Below, piece after piece: positions 57,545-64,000 of a stretch of 64,000 nt of DNA (its first letter is position 1; each line of letters opens with the position of its first letter). The stretch is from positions 1 through 64,000 of the IMG/VR virus record IMGVR_UViG_3300035698_016817; one strand, given 5' to 3'. The notes under the pieces were generated by a model. That model searched no databases, was not told the DNA's origin, and was given only the letters and a program-made list of their open reading frames with translations. This DNA comes from a virus (taxonomy: Duplodnaviria > Heunggongvirae > Uroviricota > Caudoviricetes > Crassvirales). The position numbers were made by a program, and so were the translations under genes.

Positions 57545-58026
57545 TTGTCAAAACATAAATCTAAAGCTTTTTTGTATTTATTTTCAGCGTTAACGTACAG
57601 CGCTATATTCTGAGCGTTATTTGTTTCTAAGTACGCTAAATCAGACCTAATGCCTGAAATTAGAAGAAGAACTCTTTCGGCTTGAGTTAATTTGTCATTG
57701 CATTTAGAACAACCACACCCACACCCAATCAATGAATCTACTTTTTTAGCTATGCAACAATCAAGAGAACACGACCCTAAAACTCCAGAGTAAGCTTCTT
57801 TGTAATTACTGTCAGTTCCTTTGATTCGAAATACACCAACGTTTGTTTCTATTGTGCTTTCAAGATGAACTAAGTGATTAGTGGTTCCGCTTGAAGAAAC
57901 TAAAACATCCACACTGTAAGTGTTAGTTCCGTTAGTAATGTCAATGGTTACGCTTCCTGGAGTGGCGCTACTCAAAACAATATTCAAGTATTTGCAGTCT
58001 CCAGTTATGGTTGATATAATGTTCAT
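57526..58026 (-). CDS. small Cys-rich protein (166 aa)
   Basis: Motifs GCGCGCSKC and terminal CFDNCGCGC. Gene starts just after the - strand terminator hairpin. Confidence 0.5.
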   Translation of the reverse strand: MNIISTITGDCKYLNIVLSSATPGSVTIDITNGTNTYSVDVLVSSSGTTNHLVHLESTIETNVGVFRIKGTDSNYKEAYSGVLGSCSLDCCIAKKVDSLIGCGCGCSKCNDKLTQAERVLLLISGIRSDLAYLETNNAQNIALYVNAENKYKKALDLCFDNCGCGC

Positions 58027-58033
58027 GAGCTCT

Positions 58034-58076
58034 TTTTATAAAAAAAGCCAGGGGGAGATAGAATCCCCCTCTGGCC
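58034..58076 (-). terminator. rho-independent terminator/attenuator on - strand
   Basis: The - strand reads GCCAGAGGGGG-attctatct-CCCCCTGGC followed by TTTTTTT. It lies directly after the 320-aa structural gene. Confidence 0.65.
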
Positions 58077-58103
58077 ATTTCAGATGTATAATTAACAACT
58101 CTC

Positions 58104-59066
58104 TTACAATGTAACTGCTGCAAAAGCACCAGGACAAGAAGCAAGATAACCGTTCATGTCAGCTTCAAAGTTTGCCTGATCGGCACCACCATCAACGTAA
58201 GCGATAGTAATGTTTCTGAAATTGTCAACTCCAGCAATTGTTCCTGGATGGTTATTCTTTACTCGAATAGTGTAAACGCTGTATTCAGACGCAAGGTTAA
58301 CATAAGTGTTTGGTGTATTCGGTTGGCTGATTCGGTTGTAGTAAGAACGATCTCCTTGAAGACTATTCTCCATTTGTTGAAGAACGAATGCATCACCAGC
58401 ACCAAGGTCCGGAGTGGCTACAGAAGCTACAGTTACAAGAGCACCGTTTGAACCATTAAGTCCATCAGCAGCAGTTCTAAAACTTGAAAGATCAGTATTA
58501 GATGGAAGACTGAAAGTCGTTCCTGTTACTGTGATAATTGAGGCTGCACTGTAATTTGCAACTGCCCAAGTAATTCCTGAAATAGGGTAGTCTTGACCGT
58601 TAACTGGAACAAATGTGCTTGGTTTTCCAATAAGAGCGTTGAAAAGTTTTACTGAATAACTAGCAACTGTTGCAGCAGCAAGCACCGCAATTGTAACTGA
58701 TTTTCTGTTGAATTTTTCAATTCCTTGTTCTGAACTGATAAGCTTGATTGATACCTCTCCGTCCGCTACCGGAACAGCAGAAAATGTCAATGTAGATTGC
58801 TGAGGTGTTTGTGCTCGGAATGTTGTTCCTGCCCATCCTACAACGTCAACTCCTTTGATCCAAGGCGAAACAATGTTTGCGTTATCACCTGGTAAACCTG
58901 CTTGAACTAAACGAATTGCTGGAGAGTCTGATAATAGACCACCACCAAGACTGTTTAGTTCTTCGAATCCGCCTTCGGTTTCACCTACGATAGCGAGCTG
59001 TCCCGCTCCTAATAGACTGTCGACAAAAGTCGGAGCTGTACCGTTACTAAAAATTAATTGTTTCAT
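58104..59066 (-). CDS. abundant-type virion structural protein (320 aa), Thr/Ser/Ala-rich
   Basis: ORF followed by a strong terminator, as expected for a highly expressed structural gene. Beta-rich composition. Confidence 0.5.
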   Translation of the reverse strand: MKQLIFSNGTAPTFVDSLLGAGQLAIVGETEGGFEELNSLGGGLLSDSPAIRLVQAGLPGDNANIVSPWIKGVDVVGWAGTTFRAQTPQQSTLTFSAVPVADGEVSIKLISSEQGIEKFNRKSVTIAVLAAATVASYSVKLFNALIGKPSTFVPVNGQDYPISGITWAVANYSAASIITVTGTTFSLPSNTDLSSFRTAADGLNGSNGALVTVASVATPDLGAGDAFVLQQMENSLQGDRSYYNRISQPNTPNTYVNLASEYSVYTIRVKNNHPGTIAGVDNFRNITIAYVDGGADQANFEADMNGYLASCPGAFAAVTL

Positions 59067-59095
59067 GACTCTGATTTTGTTGAGAGATTTAAGGG

Positions 59096-60238
59096 TTACT
59101 CTCGGTTGATTACTTCGCCAAGGTTAGTTTTATACCTCGGATCTGAAATTTCTTCTAGAATTGCGCTGCCTGTCATTGCTACAATTTCTTGATGCGTATG
59201 ATCAGGCAATTCGCAATCATACCCCAAAGATAGAGATATAGTTCTTGGTTTGCGTATGTATATGATTTTTACACTTTCTATAATGAACATAGCATTTGTG
59301 TACAGATCTATGTTTGACGCCCTGATCGTAGTCATAGGCTCATTCATTTCTGTAGTGTTAAAAGGATCTTCCAATAACTTATAAATATCGTCTTGTTGTG
59401 AAAAACGATTTAGCACCTGATCTTTAGTTGCTATTATTGAAGGGGCCGGAATTCTTCTAGACTGCCCTAGGTCTTTAGCTTTAGGGTTAGTTGTGGTTAC
59501 TGAGCTTCCTCCTATTTTTCCTACTAAAGGAGTTACTAGGTTTATTGAAGCGTCCCACTCAAACCATGGATACGTGTTTACCACATCAACTACAACTATG
59601 AATTCACCAGGTAAATACATGTTATTGTAATACTCATAGTATATCTGGAATCCAGGCTCTGGATTTGCAAGAATATCATCAATTAATTGCTGAGTGTATT
59701 GCGGGTAGTTAAGCGGGCTATAACCAGCAGCTAAAAGCGCTGGAGATGGGCTCCAGACTAATACTTCTGATTGAGTATTTGGATCTATCATAGCCAGGTT
59801 ATCCACGTATCTTCCGTTTGAAACAAGAAGGTTTTCAAATTGAAACGAAAAATAATTTACAATTGGAACAGCCTCTAATACAAAAGGCAACTTAAAGCAT
59901 TTGTTTTTAAATATTGTTGACCTCTGGTTTACTAAGTACATGTAATTAGCCGGAAGTTCAAAAGTGTCAATATAAAGCCTGCCAGTTCTCAATTCTTCTT
60001 TGAAAAAAACTACGTTCTCATACTCAGTGAGCAGAGAACGTAGTTCATCAATACGTTTTTGGCTTTCTTCAAAACCTTCTCCGTATACATTATTCTTTCC
60101 ATAACGTTGATTTATGAAACGCATATAAGCACGGTTCAATTCAAGGTCAATCTCTTCCGGTTTAAGGTTGTCAGATTTTGCTGAATTGATTTTGCCAACA
60201 ATTTGGCGCACGCTTATTTGCATCTCAAGAACCGTCAT
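59096..60238 (-). CDS. virion structural protein (380 aa)
   Basis: ORF. Confidence 0.5.
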   Translation of the reverse strand: MTVLEMQISVRQIVGKINSAKSDNLKPEEIDLELNRAYMRFINQRYGKNNVYGEGFEESQKRIDELRSLLTEYENVVFFKEELRTGRLYIDTFELPANYMYLVNQRSTIFKNKCFKLPFVLEAVPIVNYFSFQFENLLVSNGRYVDNLAMIDPNTQSEVLVWSPSPALLAAGYSPLNYPQYTQQLIDDILANPEPGFQIYYEYYNNMYLPGEFIVVVDVVNTYPWFEWDASINLVTPLVGKIGGSSVTTTNPKAKDLGQSRRIPAPSIIATKDQVLNRFSQQDDIYKLLEDPFNTTEMNEPMTTIRASNIDLYTNAMFIIESVKIIYIRKPRTISLSLGYDCELPDHTHQEIVAMTGSAILEEISDPRYKTNLGEVINRE

Positions 60239-61137
60239 TATCGAATTTTTTCTTTGTATTTGACTCTCAAAGTATTTAGCAACCCAGAATTTTTAGGGTT
60301 TTTAAACACGGTAATGCATTCGTCAATGTTGTCAGCAATTGTTTCATCCAAGTGAATGATAGTGTTGCCAATTTGAGTAAGAACATTCATTTCAATGAAG
60401 CTAGAAACCTCAGCTCTAATGTCAAGATTTTTATCCATTGCCGCTTCCAAGAACTTCATAGGAGAAGTATTCTTGATGTCGTAAAGCATGTTCTCCACTG
60501 TAATATGCTTCATGTTGTCCACACGTACGTTAGCAACAACTCTAAGAAGATTCCTCATTCTCTCTGGGTTGTCAGCTGCTTTAATAAACGCACGGTCAGC
60601 AAGCTTCATTAACTGAACCTTATCGTTTTTCTTCACAACATCTTTTGACGGATCTTGAATGTAAAACTTCTTCTCCCTGAACTTACGCATGTCTTCCACG
60701 GAATCTGCAACGTGAGGGTGTGACTTTGTCCAAGTGTATTGGATGTGGTCAATTACGTTAAGAACTTCTCCTGACTCATCAGTTCCGATTTCAAATGGCT
60801 TTCCTGCATAAGGCACGAGAATCCTCATTTCTTTCCAATAGTCGTTCACCGTCTTAGACCATTTAACGTCTTGAAAAGATACATCTAGAATTGTAGAAAG
60901 GTATTTGATTTCTTCTGGTGATCCAGCAGGCCAAGCTCTGTGCGGTTGGCGATTAACGAACACACTTCCTAAACGGATTTTGGCATCAGCCAGTAATTCT
61001 TTGGGAAGGTTTCCTTCGTTTAACTCTTGTCTTCGGAGAAATACATTTTTACTTCCGAAGTTAGGCTCTTTGATAACTGTCTCTTTGACAATTACTTGTT
61101 CTTGGACAGCAGTGTCCTTTTCATTTTCTGTGCTCAT
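60238..61137 (-). CDS. virion structural / head-associated protein (299 aa)
   Basis: ORF with ATG overlap to the downstream gene. Confidence 0.5.
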   Translation of the reverse strand: MSTENEKDTAVQEQVIVKETVIKEPNFGSKNVFLRRQELNEGNLPKELLADAKIRLGSVFVNRQPHRAWPAGSPEEIKYLSTILDVSFQDVKWSKTVNDYWKEMRILVPYAGKPFEIGTDESGEVLNVIDHIQYTWTKSHPHVADSVEDMRKFREKKFYIQDPSKDVVKKNDKVQLMKLADRAFIKAADNPERMRNLLRVVANVRVDNMKHITVENMLYDIKNTSPMKFLEAAMDKNLDIRAEVSSFIEMNVLTQIGNTIIHLDETIADNIDECITVFKNPKNSGLLNTLRVKYKEKIR

Positions 61138-61159
61138 ATTTTAGTTCTTTTGTTAAGTT

Positions 61160-61216
61160 AGTCCGGGGAAGAATAACCCCGGGGTGGGGCAAGGACGGGA
61201 TATTATCCCGCCCTCA
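61160..61216 (-). terminator. two GC-rich hairpins downstream of the putative major capsid gene (terminator/attenuator or RNA stability element)
   Basis: CCGGGG-aagaataa-CCCCGG and GGACGGGAT-attat-CCCGCC inverted repeats. No clear U-tract on the - strand. Confidence 0.4.
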
Positions 61217-61229
61217 CAAATATTCATCT

Positions 61230-62681
61230 CTAGCTGGCGTTACACGTCAGGTCAAGGCTAGTGTCAAATCGCTTAAGAGCAATCGCACCAGTTTTAAGCA
61301 TGTGCACTGAAGCACCATCAACATCAGATGCTCTCAGCATGCTGTCTCCAAATCCACGAGGAACTGTAGAACCTGCAACTGCCCATCTAAGGTGCTCACG
61401 GCCTTTCTTAGTAATCAACTGAAGGTTGTTCTGACCATCGTATGATGATTGGTCAACGAAAACCATTCTGTATGACTCTAAAGACCACCCTGTTACTGGG
61501 TGAAGATCTCTTGCTCTCGCAACAGGACCGTGATCAAACAATGGTACTTTAACAACATTGACAGTATGCCCATCAACGTGGTCATAACGCTTGAAGTATC
61601 CAGTCAAGCCTAGGCTACGTCCTGATCCAGTAATGAATTCAGTAGAAGCAGATACTTGCCATTGATTTGCTCCGAAGTAGTTTTTCAACGCTTCGTCAAA
61701 TTCGCGGATACCACCTGACCCTGTAAACAGCGTCACGTTTTTCTTATTTCCATCAGTCATACCGTAGAACAAGTCTCCGATAATTGTCTTCAAGAAATTC
61801 TCAGTCAATGAAGAGTAAGACTCTCTGTTGATGATTTGTTGAAGAAGACCAGGACCGATTACAACCGGTTGTCCGTTCTCATCCTTCATATCAACAACGC
61901 CATTCACTCCATAAGTACGCTCTCCGTACCAGTAGTACATCTCACATTCTTCCTTGAAATCAAGGTAGTGTTGGTACTCTTCGTAGTCCATCCACTTCTT
62001 AGTAGTACCTCCGCCTTTCTTTGGAAGAGTAAACTCAGCAACAAAGTCTTTGGCATTACCAGACATGTTGTAAGATTTACGGATGGTAGTAAGCTTGTTA
62101 CGTACCTTTCCTGGTACTGACCAGTTACTAGCATTACCAGTAGAGAAGTCTACCCCAACAGGTGCAAACAATTGAGCCCATAGGTCTCCTTGAGTCGTGC
62201 CATTTGAAAGAACAGATGCTCCGTCTGGGTTTACCAGTTGAAGAGTGTACTTGTACCCAGAACCTCCAGTTACTTCCTCAGGTTTCTTCATGATACGAGC
62301 TTGCTCGCCAATTCCGTTTACAAGAACGTAAGGGAAGATGAAGAATTGATCTGGGAAAATTAACTCGAAAGTTGACCCTCCTTGTCCTAGGTTAGCAACA
62401 GCGTTGGTAACGGCTAGTGGACGGGTTGATAATTTTCTTGTCTGAATCCTATATTCATACTCCAAACGGTCAATCGCCTTTGTGTTTCCAATTCCTTCCG
62501 ATAGGAAAGATAAAGGAAAACGCATGTCGTCTTTACCCGCAAGGTGCGTGATAATAGGAGAAAGCTCAGACGGGTTGCTTGACAACGCGTTCGAGAGGCT
62601 ATTCATATCCGTCATCCCACTATCGTTGTAGATAGTTCTTTGAACGGAAATGTTATTTCCTCCAATTGGTGTACTAATCAT
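61230..62681 (-). CDS. putative major capsid protein (HK97-like; 483 aa)
   Basis: Size, composition and position are right for a major capsid protein: it follows an acidic scaffold-like gene and is followed by hairpins. Not verifiable without a search. Confidence 0.5.
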   Translation of the reverse strand: MISTPIGGNNISVQRTIYNDSGMTDMNSLSNALSSNPSELSPIITHLAGKDDMRFPLSFLSEGIGNTKAIDRLEYEYRIQTRKLSTRPLAVTNAVANLGQGGSTFELIFPDQFFIFPYVLVNGIGEQARIMKKPEEVTGGSGYKYTLQLVNPDGASVLSNGTTQGDLWAQLFAPVGVDFSTGNASNWSVPGKVRNKLTTIRKSYNMSGNAKDFVAEFTLPKKGGGTTKKWMDYEEYQHYLDFKEECEMYYWYGERTYGVNGVVDMKDENGQPVVIGPGLLQQIINRESYSSLTENFLKTIIGDLFYGMTDGNKKNVTLFTGSGGIREFDEALKNYFGANQWQVSASTEFITGSGRSLGLTGYFKRYDHVDGHTVNVVKVPLFDHGPVARARDLHPVTGWSLESYRMVFVDQSSYDGQNNLQLITKKGREHLRWAVAGSTVPRGFGDSMLRASDVDGASVHMLKTGAIALKRFDTSLDLTCNAS

Positions 62682-62720
62682 TTTACTTCTAATTTACTTC
62701 GGGGTGGTTCAACTCCCTAT

Positions 62721-63827
62721 TTAAAAAATTGCGCCCAAATCCACATCGCTTTGTGATGGCTCACTTAGTCTTTGTGTTCCTGAACTTTTTGCTCTTGGCT
62801 TTTTGCCGCTTAATCTTTGCCTAAGGGTTTCAGTTTCCTTAGTCCTTCCTTTTGTAGCTGCAAACTTGCTTAAATCAACTCCTCTCATGATTAGCATGTC
62901 TAATCCTAATTGTTGATCTAACGTAAGTTTAGCTGCATCTACGTCTCTTTTGGTTTGTCCTTGGCTATTAACAGGCTTTGAAATGTATGCTTCAAAATCT
63001 ATTTTTTCGCTTTCACTAACCGAAATACCTGCGAATGAAGAAGACCTTCTAATAGTGTCTTGAACTTCTTTCCAGTCGTCTTGAGCTGCTTTTTCATCAC
63101 TTGCTCTTTGGTTTGCTTGATTAGAAAGAGTCTCTAACTTCTTTTTGTCTTGCGCTCCAACTAGCTTGCTTTGCATAATCCCTGACTTACTAAACAGGAC
63201 CCCTTTGTCTTCGTACTGCTCAATGATGTCGTTAATAAAGTCATCATCGTTACCAGTAGCTTTTAAGTATTTGCCTACAACAAATTTTTGTTGCTCAATA
63301 CCTTCTTTTGAATCTTCTAGCTTAATCCTTGCGAAGTCAATTGGAGGAGCAAATGCAGCTGCAAAATTTTGTGGGTCACCACCGTTTTGTAAATACTCCA
63401 TGTGCGCTTTTACCGTAGGCATGCTTTCGAATAACTTGTCAAGCGTAGTGCCTGCTAGTTCTCGACCCGCGTCCATGGTTAATCGCTTAATTCCTTCTGC
63501 GCTGTCTTCGTAATCTTCAGCGTTTAAATTTTCAAATCCAAGTCCTTCTATAAGCTCTGATACGAATGTAGACTCTTCCTCAACGTTTGGGTCTACGTTA
63601 GAATCTACTTTAGGGTCTACGTCTATGTTCGTATCACCTTTATTCTCAGGATTTACTATTGGGTCAATAGCGTCATCGTTTTCATCACCATCGTCTCCAT
63701 TATTGTTTTCTGGAGGATTAATAGGATCATCATTTTCTTCTCCGCCCCCGGAAGTCAACGCATCTTCGAATCCTCCGAAAGAGATTTCGATTTCTTCTTG
63801 TGTTGTGTCTGTTGAATTGTCTAACAT
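62721..63827 (-). CDS. putative scaffolding-like protein with highly acidic N-terminal region (368 aa)
   Basis: N-terminal 90 aa is Asp/Glu/Asn/Pro-rich (ENDDPINPPENNNGDDGDENDD). The rest is helical and charged. Sits immediately upstream of the capsid candidate. Confidence 0.4.
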   Translation of the reverse strand: MLDNSTDTTQEEIEISFGGFEDALTSGGGEENDDPINPPENNNGDDGDENDDAIDPIVNPENKGDTNIDVDPKVDSNVDPNVEEESTFVSELIEGLGFENLNAEDYEDSAEGIKRLTMDAGRELAGTTLDKLFESMPTVKAHMEYLQNGGDPQNFAAAFAPPIDFARIKLEDSKEGIEQQKFVVGKYLKATGNDDDFINDIIEQYEDKGVLFSKSGIMQSKLVGAQDKKKLETLSNQANQRASDEKAAQDDWKEVQDTIRRSSSFAGISVSESEKIDFEAYISKPVNSQGQTKRDVDAAKLTLDQQLGLDMLIMRGVDLSKFAATKGRTKETETLRQRLSGKKPRAKSSGTQRLSEPSQSDVDLGAIF

Positions 63828-64000
63828 CTGTTTACAAATTTAATATGGACAGTTCGTTCTGCCACTTCCTAACGGTTTTTTGGGATGTCCGTTAACTACA
63901 TCACATTTTATTTTATTTTTTTTGCCTGTTTGGCTTCCAATTTCGCATGTTTTTAGAGTAGCCACCTAGTTGATATGATGGATTTTCAGTGGTTTCTATT

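Noticed and set aside
1-64000. CRISPR arrays, integrase/attachment sites, transposases.
   Set aside because: No regularly spaced direct repeats and no tyrosine/serine recombinase or transposase motifs were seen. The window is essentially all phage core genes.

Overview
This window reads as a phage genome segment with crAss-like organisation, and its codon and start-site context suggests a Bacteroidetes/Flavobacteriia host. It is AT-rich by eye, has no Shine-Dalgarno sequences upstream of its genes, and is densely coding. It holds two convergent blocks that meet at a bidirectional rho-independent terminator at about 22.73-22.77 kb.

Block 1 (1-22.7 kb, + strand) is a replication and DNA-metabolism module. 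It contains:
- an ATP-dependent DNA ligase (KxDG motif);
- an SF2 DExH helicase;
- a DnaB-like helicase;
- an SPFH/flotillin-like membrane protein;
- a Sak4-like P-loop ATPase;
- an SSB-like protein with a DDDLPF acidic tail;
- a Toprim primase-like protein;
- a DUF1064-like PD-(D/E)xK nuclease translationally coupled to a 906-aa GHKL (Bergerat-fold) ATPase;
- a FEN-family 5'-3' exonuclease;
- a terminal four-gene translationally coupled cassette of a 123-aa protein, a vWA-domain protein, an adenylosuccinate-synthetase (PurA/PurZ-like) homolog and a repeat-containing tail-anchored membrane protein.

Block 2 (22.8-63.8 kb, - strand) is one long, tightly coupled virion operon. It contains:
- a putative scaffold and an HK97-like major capsid protein, followed by hairpins;
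- several mid-sized structural proteins;
- a Cys-rich small protein;
- tail-fibre-like proteins, one with tandem Cys-pair repeats;
- 706-, 760- and 1703-aa structural proteins;
- a giant 4191-aa ORF;
- a final 1604-aa ORF.

The giant ORF carries a multisubunit-RNAP-type double-psi beta-barrel metal-binding motif (SDFDIDK at 30160-30180). I read it as a virion-packaged, crAss-type RNA polymerase fused into an unusually large polypeptide.

I saw no DNA polymerase, terminase, portal, tRNA or CRISPR array in the window. Terminase and portal are presumably beyond 64 kb. All functional calls come from motif recognition by eye, with no database searches run.
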